64,000 bases of DNA from positions 905 to 64,904 of the forward strand of contig JBAVRP010000030.1 in assembly GCA_049695115.1 (NCBI GenBank), read 5' to 3'. The notes below the pieces were generated by a model that did not search any database, was not told the DNA's origin, and was given only the letters and a program-made list of their open reading frames with translations. Position 1 is the first letter of the stretch; the number at the start of each line of letters is the position of its first letter. Both the position numbers and the translations under genes were made by a program. The stretch is from Burkholderiales bacterium. GTDB lineage: Bacteria > Pseudomonadota > Gammaproteobacteria > Burkholderiales > JBEEJL01. Shown here in pieces: positions 40,957 through 50,306 of the stretch.

Positions 40957-42189
40957 TTGACCGTTCCCGATTCTGTTCCACCTCCCCTGTTCGCGCGAAT
41001 TTTCATTCCCTTCGCCTGCGGCTATTTTATTTCTTATTTGTTCCGTACCATCAACGCGGTCATTTCACCCAAACTGACGCAGGAACTCGGTCTCGATGCA
41101 ACCAGCCTTGGCCTGCTCACTTCGGCGTATTTTTTTGCCTTTGCCCTGTTCCAGTTTCCGCTCGGCGTGCTGCTCGACCGCTTCGGCCCGCGACGGGTGC
41201 AGACGATCCTGTTGTTAATTGCTTCAAGCGGCGCACTGATATTCGGCTTAAGTCACGGCCTGAACGGATTGTTGATTGGCCGCGCGCTTATCGGCCTCGG
41301 CGTGTCCGGTTGCCTGATGGCGGCATTCAAGGCATTTACGCAATGGTTTCCCTTACACAAACTCCCGTTGATGAACGGCTACGTACTCGCTGCCGGCGGA
41401 TTGGGTGCATTGACCGCGACGATTCCGGTCGAAGCCGCGTTGCGCATCACCGACTGGCACGGGATATTCATCGTGCTTTCAGTAGCGACGCTATTAGTCG
41501 CCGCACTGGTATTTTTTGTTTATCCGGAACGCGAGCGTGCCCATGGGCACGCTACATTGCGTGAGCAGCTCCGCGGCGCAGCCGGTGTTTTCGCCAGCGG
41601 AAAATTCTGGCGCATCGCGCCGCTGGCCATTTCTATCCAATCAGTTTTCATGGCGGTGCAGGGGTTATGGGGCGCCACTTATTTACGCGACGTGGCGAAA
41701 TTGGCGCAAGCCGATATCGCGCAATATCTTTTCGCCATAGCCGGCGCGATGTTCGCCGGGCAATTGCTGTCGGGGGCGGTGGCAACAGCCTTGGCCAAGC
41801 GCGGATTCCCCACGGCAAAATTATTTACTTTGAATTCGCTGCTGATCCTCGCGGCGTGGTCCGGTATTGCCATGCAATGGTTTCCCGGCTCGCTCCTCGC
41901 ATGGATGATAGTTGGTTTTTGCGGTTCCGCCAGTTCGTTGTCGTATTCCATTCTCACGCCGGCGTTTGCACAATCACTGTCGGGGCGGGTTAACACGGCC
42001 ATGAACTTGATGGTGTTCGTGTTTGCCTTTATCGCACAATGGGCTATAGGCGCGATTATTAATTTGTGGCCCGCTACGGCGGAAGGTTACGCAACCCAGG
42101 GTTATGAGGCTGCGTTTCTTATCTGCTTTACTCTGCAATGCAGCGGACTGGTTTGGTACCTTGTGTCAGCACGCAGATTCCCTCTGTAA
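40957..42189 (+). CDS. MFS transporter
   Basis: 410 aa with a TTG start and about 12 TM segments. GVLLDRFGPRR is the MFS loop 2-3 motif. Confidence 0.85.
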   Translation: MTVPDSVPPPLFARIFIPFACGYFISYLFRTINAVISPKLTQELGLDATSLGLLTSAYFFAFALFQFPLGVLLDRFGPRRVQTILLLIASSGALIFGLSHGLNGLLIGRALIGLGVSGCLMAAFKAFTQWFPLHKLPLMNGYVLAAGGLGALTATIPVEAALRITDWHGIFIVLSVATLLVAALVFFVYPERERAHGHATLREQLRGAAGVFASGKFWRIAPLAISIQSVFMAVQGLWGATYLRDVAKLAQADIAQYLFAIAGAMFAGQLLSGAVATALAKRGFPTAKLFTLNSLLILAAWSGIAMQWFPGSLLAWMIVGFCGSASSLSYSILTPAFAQSLSGRVNTAMNLMVFVFAFIAQWAIGAIINLWPATAEGYATQGYEAAFLICFTLQCSGLVWYLVSARRFPL

Positions 42190-42217
42190 TTGATAAAATA
42201 TCAATATAATCAAATAG

Positions 42218-43765
42218 TTACATTGTCATTTTTTGATCGCGGAAGATGCGTGCATCCATTAGTTTCAAATCATCCGCAATCAAAACATCGCGCGCGCAAT
42301 GCGCAAGCAGGTCGTGCCGCAAATCCATGCCCGGCGCAATTTCGCTCAACGTGAGTTTGCCATCCCGCAACTCGAACACGGCACGCTCGGTGATGTAAAG
42401 TACCTTGACGCCCTGCCCAGTGCTATAAGGTCCATTGAAAGACAGATGTTCGACGCGGGGAACGATTTTTTGTTTACGGCCTTCGTGGGCGATGGTAAGT
42501 GCACCGTCGCCCGTTTTCACTCCCAGGCCGCCTGTGGTAAAGGTGCCCATGAACACCACGCGTTTCGCCGTCTGCGATATATTGACAAAACCACCGACGC
42601 CGGAGATGCGGTCACCGAATCGGCTCACGTTGACATTGCCGTGCACATCGACTTCTGCCATGCCGAGAAACGCGATGTCCAATCCGCCGCCGTCGTAAAA
42701 ATCAAACTGCGACGCCTGATCGACGATGCATTCCGGATTGGACGACGCGCCAAAAGATAGCCGGTTGCCTGACGGCGTGCCGCCTATAGGCCCCGCTTCG
42801 ATGGTCAGCGTGAAATTATTATGGCTTTCTTCGCGCGCTACTTCTCCCACACCGGCGGGAATGCCGGTGCCGAGATTGCCGACCGGGCTATCGAGTTTCC
42901 GTAATTCAAAAAACGCGCGGCGCTGGATAATTTTGCGCGCATCCAGTGGCGCGATGGCATGCTCGCCATCCAGGGCGCGACGCGCGCCGGTGTAAGCCGG
43001 GTTGTAATCTTCACCGTAGGTTTGCCAATGATGTTGCGGATTATCCGGTTGCACCACGTAATCGACCAGAATGCCCGGAACCCGCACCGCGTTGGGATTT
43101 AGTGTTCCGGCTTCGACGATATTTTTTACTTGTGCGATGACTATACCCCCGGAATTGCGCGCGGCCTGCGCGATGGCAAGTATGTCATTGTGAAAGGCTT
43201 CTTCCTCGGTGCTGATGTTGCCGCGCGCATCGGCGCTGGTGCCGCGGATCAACGCGCAGTGTATCGGCATGGCGGGGTAAAACAAATATTCTTCGCCGCG
43301 CAGGGTAATCACCTCGACCAGATTTTCCGTCGTGCGCGGCGATAATTTTCCGCCGTCGTGGCGCGGGTCGATAAACGTATGCAAACCGATTTTCGACACC
43401 ACCCCGGGTTTGTTGCCGGCGATAGCACGGAACAATTGCGCCACCACGCCTTGCGGCCAATTGTAGGCTTCGATTTTATCCGCCACCGCAAGCGCACCGA
43501 GCCTCGGCGCGGCTCCCCAATGCCCGCCGACCACGCGCTTCAATAATCCTTCATGGCCGAAATGTCCCGCACCGCGGATTTCGCGGTCGCCTTGCCCGGC
43601 CGCATAAAGCAGGGTCAGCTTGCGCGGGCGCGCTTCGCGCAAAAAGCGTTCTTCAATGGCGGCGCTAAGCGCCTCCGGGTGCGCTGCCCCGACGAATCCA
43701 CTGGTACAAACCGTCCAGCCGTCCTGTATCAAACCTGCGGCTTCAGCTTGTGTAATTATTTTCAT
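42218..43765 (-). CDS. acyl-CoA:acetate/3-ketoacid CoA-transferase (family I, fused subunits)
   Basis: Start at MKIITQAEAAGLIQDGWTV (43765). GFVGAGHPE-like and SENG-type regions. About 515 aa. Confidence 0.85.
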   Translation of the reverse strand: MKIITQAEAAGLIQDGWTVCTSGFVGAAHPEALSAAIEERFLREARPRKLTLLYAAGQGDREIRGAGHFGHEGLLKRVVGGHWGAAPRLGALAVADKIEAYNWPQGVVAQLFRAIAGNKPGVVSKIGLHTFIDPRHDGGKLSPRTTENLVEVITLRGEEYLFYPAMPIHCALIRGTSADARGNISTEEEAFHNDILAIAQAARNSGGIVIAQVKNIVEAGTLNPNAVRVPGILVDYVVQPDNPQHHWQTYGEDYNPAYTGARRALDGEHAIAPLDARKIIQRRAFFELRKLDSPVGNLGTGIPAGVGEVAREESHNNFTLTIEAGPIGGTPSGNRLSFGASSNPECIVDQASQFDFYDGGGLDIAFLGMAEVDVHGNVNVSRFGDRISGVGGFVNISQTAKRVVFMGTFTTGGLGVKTGDGALTIAHEGRKQKIVPRVEHLSFNGPYSTGQGVKVLYITERAVFELRDGKLTLSEIAPGMDLRHDLLAHCARDVLIADDLKLMDARIFRDQKMTM

Positions 43766-43903
43766 ATTGCCCCGGATAATTTCAAACGGCAGCATTTCAG
43801 TATTGCCGCTAAAGGTAAATTACCGTAACCTTTCGATATACGCAAAACATATTGTTTTTTTAACCGTGATTGCGTGTTATTCCGCACAACAAGGATTGTT
43901 TCC

Positions 43904-45106
43904 ATGGATCTTAACTACACCCCGCAAGAGCTCGCCTTCCGCGACGAAGTACGCGCTTTTGTACGCGCCAATTTGCCCGCCGATATCAGCCAAAAGGTAT
44001 TGGAACACAAACGCCTGGACAAAGGCGATTTCCTGCGCTGGCATAAAGCGCTATATAAACAAGGCTGGATGGCGCCCGGTTGGCCCAAGCAATTCGGCGG
44101 CCCCGGCTGGTCGCCGGTGCAACGGCATATATTCGACGAAGAATGCGCCGACGCAGGTGCGCCTTATATCGTGCCCTTCGGCGCGAATATGGTGGCGCCG
44201 GTCATCATGGCTTTCGGCAATGATGCGCAGAAAAAATATTACCTGCCGCGCATCCAGTCGGGCGAAGACTGGTGGTGCCAGGGCTACTCCGAGCCCGGTT
44301 CCGGCTCCGACCTGGCGTCGCTCAAGACCAAAGCGCTGCGCGATGGCGATCACTATATCGTGAACGGGCAAAAAACCTGGACCACATTGGGACAGCATGC
44401 CGACTGGATTTTCTGCCTGGTGCGCACCGCCACCGACCCCGAAGTGAAAAAACAGGAAGGCATATCGTTTTTGTTGATCGACATGAAAACGCCTGGTATC
44501 ACCGTGCGCCCGATTATTCTGCTCGACGGCGAACATGAAGTGAATGAGGTCTGGTTTGATAATGTAAAAGTGCCGGCGCAAAACCTGGTGGGCGAAGAAG
44601 GCAAAGGCTGGACTTACGCGAAATTTTTGCTCTCGCACGAGCGCACCGGCATCGCGGGCGTGGGCCGCTCGAAACGCGAACTGGCTTATCTGAAAAAACT
44701 CGCTACCGCCGAGATGATGAACGGCGAACCGCTGATCAAAAACCCGCGCTTTCGCGACAAAATCGCGCAGTTGGAAATGGAAATCATGGCGCTGGAAATC
44801 ACCAACCTGCGCGTGGTGTCGGCCGATGCCGAACGCAAAGCGCCGGGACCCGAAGCATCAATACTTAAAATCAAGGGCACGGAAATCCAGCAAATGCTGG
44901 GTGAATTGATGATGGAAGCGGTCGGGCTGTACGCCATGCCGTACAACCCGGATGCTTTCGACGCGGATTACAAAGGAGAAAGTATAGGCCCGAAAAATGC
45001 CGCGCCGCTGGCTGCGCATTATTTCAATTTGCGCAAAACATCGATTTACGGCGGATCAAACGAAATCCAGAAAAACATCATCTCGCAAATGATACTTGGA
45101 CTATAA
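43904..45106 (+). CDS. acyl-CoA dehydrogenase, PimC-like large subunit type
   Basis: Start at MDLNYTPQELAFRDEVRAF (43904). GWMAPGWPKQFGGPGWSP. C-terminal IYGGSNEIQ. Confidence 0.85.
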   Translation: MDLNYTPQELAFRDEVRAFVRANLPADISQKVLEHKRLDKGDFLRWHKALYKQGWMAPGWPKQFGGPGWSPVQRHIFDEECADAGAPYIVPFGANMVAPVIMAFGNDAQKKYYLPRIQSGEDWWCQGYSEPGSGSDLASLKTKALRDGDHYIVNGQKTWTTLGQHADWIFCLVRTATDPEVKKQEGISFLLIDMKTPGITVRPIILLDGEHEVNEVWFDNVKVPAQNLVGEEGKGWTYAKFLLSHERTGIAGVGRSKRELAYLKKLATAEMMNGEPLIKNPRFRDKIAQLEMEIMALEITNLRVVSADAERKAPGPEASILKIKGTEIQQMLGELMMEAVGLYAMPYNPDAFDADYKGESIGPKNAAPLAAHYFNLRKTSIYGGSNEIQKNIISQMILGL

Positions 45107-45116
45107 GGGACGGGCA

Positions 45117-46250
45117 ATGAATTTTTCCTACAGCGAAGAACAGCAGCTATTGCAAGACAGCGTAAGCAAGTTTATACAGCAGGAATACAGCTTCGAGCAG
45201 CGCAAGGCGAGTGTCAAAGCGTCCGGCGGATTCAGCCGCGATAAATGGAAAACCATCGCCGATATGGGTTTGTTCGGCATTCCGTTCAGCGAAGCGGACG
45301 GCGGCTTCGGCGGCAGCGGCATTGATATGATGATACTGATGGAGCAATTCGGTCGCGGCCTCGTCGTCGAGCCGTATCTCGCCACCGTCGTATTGGCCGG
45401 CGGGTTGATCCAGCGCGGCGGCAGCGACGCACAGAAAAAATCCCTGTTGCCGAAAATCATCGACGGTTCTTTGCTCATGGCGTTCGCCCACAGCGAACCG
45501 AAAGCGCGATACGAACTTAATAACGTCGCGGCTTCTGCGAAAAAGGACGGCGATGCTTATGTGCTGAACGGCCGAAAAGCGGTGGTCCTGCATGGCGACA
45601 GCGCTGACAAATTGATTGTTTCCGCTCGCACGTCCGGTAATGCGCGCGACGCAAAAGGCATTTCGTTATTTATCGTTGATGGCAAAGCTGCCGGGATAAC
45701 GATTCGCGGCTACCCGACTATCGATGGATTACACGGCGCGGAAATCGCAATCGACAATGTGAAAGTCAACAACGATGCACTGGTTGGCAAGCTGGACGAC
45801 GCATTGCCGCTGATAGAGCAAGTCACTGACATAGCCGCTGCTGCCTTGTGCGGAGAGGCAGTCGGCGCGATGCAGGCGCTCAACGACGCGACACTGGAAT
45901 ACCTGAAAACCCGCCGCCAGTTCGGCGTGCCGATCGGCAAATTCCAGGCCTTGCAACATCGCATGGTCGATATGATTGTCAACACCGAGCAGGCGAAATC
46001 GATGGCGATACTCGCGGCGGTAAACGCACATTCGGCTGACGCCAAATTACGAAGCCACGCTGTCTCCGCGGCAAAATCGTATATCGGCAAAGCCGCGAAA
46101 TTCGTCGGCCAGCAGGCGATTCAATTGCATGGCGGTATGGGCATGACGGAAGAACTCAGCGTCAGCCATTACTTCAAGCGCTTGACCATGATAGACATAA
46201 ATTTGGGCGATGCGGATTACCACCTGGAAAGATTCGCAGCGGCAATCTAA
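45117..46250 (+). CDS. acyl-CoA dehydrogenase, PimD-like small subunit type
   Basis: Start at MNFSYSEEQQLLQDS (45117). RQFGVPIGKFQALQHRM. 10 bp downstream of the previous ACAD. Confidence 0.85.
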   Translation: MNFSYSEEQQLLQDSVSKFIQQEYSFEQRKASVKASGGFSRDKWKTIADMGLFGIPFSEADGGFGGSGIDMMILMEQFGRGLVVEPYLATVVLAGGLIQRGGSDAQKKSLLPKIIDGSLLMAFAHSEPKARYELNNVAASAKKDGDAYVLNGRKAVVLHGDSADKLIVSARTSGNARDAKGISLFIVDGKAAGITIRGYPTIDGLHGAEIAIDNVKVNNDALVGKLDDALPLIEQVTDIAAAALCGEAVGAMQALNDATLEYLKTRRQFGVPIGKFQALQHRMVDMIVNTEQAKSMAILAAVNAHSADAKLRSHAVSAAKSYIGKAAKFVGQQAIQLHGGMGMTEELSVSHYFKRLTMIDINLGDADYHLERFAAAI

Positions 46251-46256
46251 TCTGCC

Positions 46257-46724
46257 ATGGCAATCAAATATTACTGGGAAGATTTCAACCGGATTGGCGG
46301 CGCCAACGAAGTCGGCACGCGTATCGTCACCAAGGATGAAATCATCGCGTTTGCCGAAGCGTTCGACCCGCAACCCTTTCACATTGACGAGGCGGCGGCG
46401 AAAGCATCTTTTTATGGCGGCATTATTGCCAGCGGCTGGCACACCTGCGCGATGGTGATGCGCATGATGGTCGATTCGTATCTCGGCGAGGCCGCCAGCC
46501 TGGGATCGCCCGGTATCGACAATCTGAAATGGATCAAACCCGTGCGTCCCGGCGATACCATCCGCCTCGTGCGCACGACACTGGAAGCACGCGCATCGGA
46601 AAGCAAACCCGACGTCGGATTAATTAAAAACCATTGGCAAGTGTATAACCAGCATGACGAATTAGTGATGAGCATGGAAGGCTGGGGTATGTTCCGCAGG
46701 CGCAATCCCGGCGCGGCCGCCTAA
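46257..46724 (+). CDS. MaoC-family (R)-specific enoyl-CoA hydratase/dehydratase
   Basis: 155 aa, hotdog fold. FAEAFDPQPFHIDEAAAK. Confidence 0.85.
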   Translation: MAIKYYWEDFNRIGGANEVGTRIVTKDEIIAFAEAFDPQPFHIDEAAAKASFYGGIIASGWHTCAMVMRMMVDSYLGEAASLGSPGIDNLKWIKPVRPGDTIRLVRTTLEARASESKPDVGLIKNHWQVYNQHDELVMSMEGWGMFRRRNPGAAA

Positions 46725-47443
46725 TGCCCAAAGTCCACGTCCTGCTGAAAAAAGAGGAGCTTGATGCCGAATTGCTCGCAGGCAAAGTCGTGGTGGTGCT
46801 GGATATCCTGTTCGCCACGTCCACCATCGTCACTGCGTTCCAACATGGCGTGATGCAAGTAATCCCGGCTTTGGATGAACACCACGCACGGCGTGAAGCG
46901 GAAAAACATCAGGCGGGTTCATTTCTTCTCGCAGGCGAAAAAAATATCAAACACATAGACGGCTTCGGCCCGCCCACACCGCTGGCCTTGCTCAAGTCCG
47001 ATCTCGCGACGAAAAAACTGATTTACTCGACTACCAACGGTACGGTAGCGCTGGCAAAATCGGCGGCGTCAGATCATGTCTATGCGGCGGCTTTGCTCAA
47101 TGGTAAAGCAGTCATGCAACACATAAGCGCAAACCATGTGGCTGAAACCATATTAATAGTCTGTTCCGGTTCGGGCGGCGGATTCAACCTGGAAGATTTT
47201 TACGGCGCCGGATATATGGTCGATTGTCTGCATAGCGCGGCGCCGGCACATTATGAATTTTCCGACGCTGCGCTTGCCGCGCAGGATTTATTCCTGCATT
47301 CGAATCCGCTTGAAGCATTGCTACGCTCGCGCATCGGCAGGCTGATGGAAAAAAGCGGCATGCAGAATGAAGTGGAATTCGCCGCGCAGTTGGGCGTGTT
47401 TGACGTGATTCCCAAACTAAAGGCGGGAGCGCTGACGGTATAG
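46724..47443 (+). CDS. 2-phosphosulfolactate phosphatase (ComB) family protein
   Basis: 239 aa. VVVLDILFATSTIVTA, LLAGEK and YSTTNGT motifs. TAATG overlap with the upstream gene. Confidence 0.75.
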   Translation: MPKVHVLLKKEELDAELLAGKVVVVLDILFATSTIVTAFQHGVMQVIPALDEHHARREAEKHQAGSFLLAGEKNIKHIDGFGPPTPLALLKSDLATKKLIYSTTNGTVALAKSAASDHVYAAALLNGKAVMQHISANHVAETILIVCSGSGGGFNLEDFYGAGYMVDCLHSAAPAHYEFSDAALAAQDLFLHSNPLEALLRSRIGRLMEKSGMQNEVEFAAQLGVFDVIPKLKAGALTV

Positions 47444-47484
47444 TAACTACTTGATTAAATTAATATTTTTATCTAGAGGGCGCC

Positions 47485-48315
47485 ATGAATATCGCTTCGT
47501 ATTTTTCCCAAGATTTATTCAAAAATAAAACTGTCTTCGTCACCGGCGGCGGCAGTGGTATCAATCTCGGCATCGCAAAAAATTTTGCCGCACTCGGTGC
47601 CAACATCGCTATCTGCGGGCGCACGCAGGAAAAACTCGACAACGCCGCGACCGAATTGCGCGCGCTTGGCGCAAAAGTCTGCGCGACGGTTGCCGATGTG
47701 CGCGACATGGCGGCACTTGAAGCGGCGTTTGCAAAATCCGAATCCGAACTCGGGCCGATGAATGTTCTGGTCGCCGGCGCGGCGGGAAATTTTATTTGCC
47801 CGGCAGAACAGCTCTCCGCCAACGGTTTCAAAACCGTCATTGACATCGATCTCATAGGCGCATTCAATGCATCACGCGCGGCATTCGCCCAGCTCAAACT
47901 AACCAAGGGCAGCATAATTTACATTTCTGCCGGCCAGGCCTTCATGCCCTACGCATATCAATTGCATGTCGGCGCGGCGAAAGCCGGCATTGATAATATG
48001 ATGAAAAACCTCGCACTCGAATGGGGTAAGCACGGCATCCGCTGCAATTCCATCGCGCCCGGCCCGATAGAAGGCACCGAAGGCATGAAGCGATTGTCGA
48101 ATCCTGACGCAATCAAACAATTGATCCATGCCATTCCATTGCGTCGCATGGGCACGGTGGATGACATCGGCCAGGCCGCCGTGTTTCTCGCCTCGCCGCT
48201 TGCCAATTATATTTCCGGCACGTTGTTGGTGGTCGATGGCGGGCAGAATCTTCCCGGCTCGGCGCTATTCAACATGGGCGCGGAACAAATGATGCAAGCG
48301 ATGGCGAAAAAGTAA
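47485..48315 (+). CDS. SDR, 2,4-dienoyl-CoA reductase-like
   Basis: 276 aa. TGGGSGIN. Overall resemblance to the DECR2/peroxisomal type. Followed by a dienoyl-CoA isomerase-like gene. Confidence 0.8.
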   Translation: MNIASYFSQDLFKNKTVFVTGGGSGINLGIAKNFAALGANIAICGRTQEKLDNAATELRALGAKVCATVADVRDMAALEAAFAKSESELGPMNVLVAGAAGNFICPAEQLSANGFKTVIDIDLIGAFNASRAAFAQLKLTKGSIIYISAGQAFMPYAYQLHVGAAKAGIDNMMKNLALEWGKHGIRCNSIAPGPIEGTEGMKRLSNPDAIKQLIHAIPLRRMGTVDDIGQAAVFLASPLANYISGTLLVVDGGQNLPGSALFNMGAEQMMQAMAKK

Positions 48316-48324
48316 GGAGCAACC

Positions 48325-49137
48325 ATGGAATACCAAACTCTCGCCGTCTCGTTACAAAACCACATCGCCCACATCGAACTCAACCGTCCTGACAAGGCCA
48401 ATGCGCTGAACGAAACCATGTGGAATGAAATCCGCACTGCATTCAAATGGGCGGACGAAACGGCGGATGCCCGAGTAGTCGTGTTGAGCGGCAAAGGCAA
48501 ACATTTCTGCGCTGGCATTGATCTGGCTGGTTTTGCGAGTGTACAGCAACTGATCGCCGACAAAGACCAGGCGCGCATGCGCGAAAAATTGCGCCGCCAA
48601 ATTCTCGACATGCAGGATTGCATGAGTGCTATCGAACGTTGCCGCAAACCCGTACTCGCCGCGATGCATGGCGCATGTGTCGGTTTCGCCATCGACATGA
48701 CCACTTGCTGCGACATGCGCTACAGCACCAGTGACGCATTTTTCAGTGTCAAGGAAATCGACATAGGCATGACGGCCGATGTCGGCACGCTGCAACGACT
48801 GCCGAAAATCATTCCCGACGGCATCGCGCGCGAACTGGCCTACACCGGCCGCAAAATGCCCGGGGACGAAGCGCAAAAAATTGGATTGGTGAATCGCTGC
48901 TTTGATAATCAAGAAACACTCATGTCGGGCGTGATACAGATCGCGCAAGACATCGCACAAAAATCGCCCCTCGCCATGCGCGGCACTAAAGAAATGCTTT
49001 TATATTCCCGCGACCATAGCGTGGCAGACGGCCTCAATTACATCGCCACCTGGAACGCCGCCATGCTGATCTCCGACGATTTGCAGGAAGCCATGAAAAC
49101 CAACATGGAAAAACGCCAAGCGAAGTTTGCTGATTGA
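48325..49137 (+). CDS. enoyl-CoA hydratase family, delta(3,5)-delta(2,4)-dienoyl-CoA isomerase-like
   Basis: 270 aa, crotonase fold. FCAGIDL, AAMHGACVGFAIDM. Confidence 0.85.
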   Translation: MEYQTLAVSLQNHIAHIELNRPDKANALNETMWNEIRTAFKWADETADARVVVLSGKGKHFCAGIDLAGFASVQQLIADKDQARMREKLRRQILDMQDCMSAIERCRKPVLAAMHGACVGFAIDMTTCCDMRYSTSDAFFSVKEIDIGMTADVGTLQRLPKIIPDGIARELAYTGRKMPGDEAQKIGLVNRCFDNQETLMSGVIQIAQDIAQKSPLAMRGTKEMLLYSRDHSVADGLNYIATWNAAMLISDDLQEAMKTNMEKRQAKFAD

Positions 49138-49164
49138 CCTGTTGCTTGCGTACCCTATGCGTTG

Positions 49165-49285
49165 GCTCCCTCCCCTTCAAGGGGAGGGTTGGGTTGGGTT
49201 GGGTTGGGTTGGGGATGGGTATAGGTGCAGCCTCACAAAACACCCATCCCCCTCCTGGCCTTCCCCTTGAAGGGGGAGGAATGTT
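49165..49285. repeat. Composite structured repeat with a (GGGTT)n G-tract
   Basis: CTCCCCTTCAAGGGGAG palindrome. Eight G3-4 tracts at 49181-49220. A 10-bp inverted repeat GGGGATGGGT..ACCCATCCCC. A second CCCCTTGAAGGGGG palindrome. Confidence 0.8.
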
Positions 49286-49351
49286 ATCTTGCGCTGATAT
49301 TGTGCTGACAATAAAAAGCGTCACTACATTATTTTCAATATTGCATAATTC

Positions 49352-49948
49352 ATGATGGATGACATAGTCCGCCAGGCCATGGCTAAATGGCCGAATGTTC
49401 CCGCCGTCTATGGCTGGCTATCTTTATCCCGCCGCGGAGAATGGCGCATCAAGAGTGAGCGCATCAGTAACCCAATTGTTACTGAATTCATCAACCGCAA
49501 TTACACCCACGATGAACAAGGCCACTGGTTTTTTCAGAACGGCCCGCAACGGGTTTACGCCTTGCTTGATTACACGCCTTTGATATATCGCTATGCCGAT
49601 AACCAGCAAATCGAAACCCATACCGGCAGTCAGGTACAACATTTTGACAACGCCTTTATCGATGAGGCCGGCTCGCTTTTGCTCAACTCGCCGCTTGGCA
49701 TAGGTGTTATCGATGATCGCGATCTGGACAAGTTTTTGTCTTTGCTTGTTGATCAAAATGGAGAAGCGTTAACGCCTGCCGCAGTGGAAAAACTTTCCCA
49801 GCTTGTGCCTGCCCGTTGGCGCGATTTATTCTTAAAAACGGAAAAGGGGGCTTTACTTGTAGAGAATATTTTAACTGCGGAAGTGGCGACAAGATTTGGA
49901 TTTAATCCCAATCCACGGCAGTCTGAGGGAGAAGAAGAATGCCATTGA
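49352..49948 (+). CDS. conserved hypothetical protein
   Basis: 198 aa. The N-terminal WPNVPAVYGWLSLSRRGEWRI block looks like a conserved DUF that I cannot name with confidence. Confidence 0.6.
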   Translation: MMDDIVRQAMAKWPNVPAVYGWLSLSRRGEWRIKSERISNPIVTEFINRNYTHDEQGHWFFQNGPQRVYALLDYTPLIYRYADNQQIETHTGSQVQHFDNAFIDEAGSLLLNSPLGIGVIDDRDLDKFLSLLVDQNGEALTPAAVEKLSQLVPARWRDLFLKTEKGALLVENILTAEVATRFGFNPNPRQSEGEEECH

Positions 49949-50044
49949 GTTGGTCTATTCGGTAATAGCTCGGTATAAACAATAATAATATGCTGATTGC
50001 TACGCAGCCTATTTTTTTGGCGGGTGTTACCCGCCCTGCTTATG

Positions 50045-50257
50045 TTAACGAACCCGCTTCACCACAAATTCTTCTTCAATGTTGTCGGCAAAAAAATTAC
50101 CGATAGAACTGGCGCTCATCATTTCGCGTTGAATTTCGCGCGATACGTTGGCATATTGCTTGACGCTGCCATCGCGGAATTCAACTTCAAGGACACGCGT
50201 GCTTTCATCGTAACCGATGGATTTTATTTTCTCGGTGTTGACGGGTTTTCTATCCAT
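50045..50257 (-). CDS. KTSC domain-containing protein
   Basis: 70 aa. IKSIGYDESTRVLEVEFRDGSVKQYANV matches the KTSC domain pattern. Confidence 0.75.
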   Translation of the reverse strand: MDRKPVNTEKIKSIGYDESTRVLEVEFRDGSVKQYANVSREIQREMMSASSIGNFFADNIEEEFVVKRVR

Positions 50258-50306
50258 AAAAATAATTCAATATAATCAAATACTTATTATATTATCCAAA
50301 ATGCCA

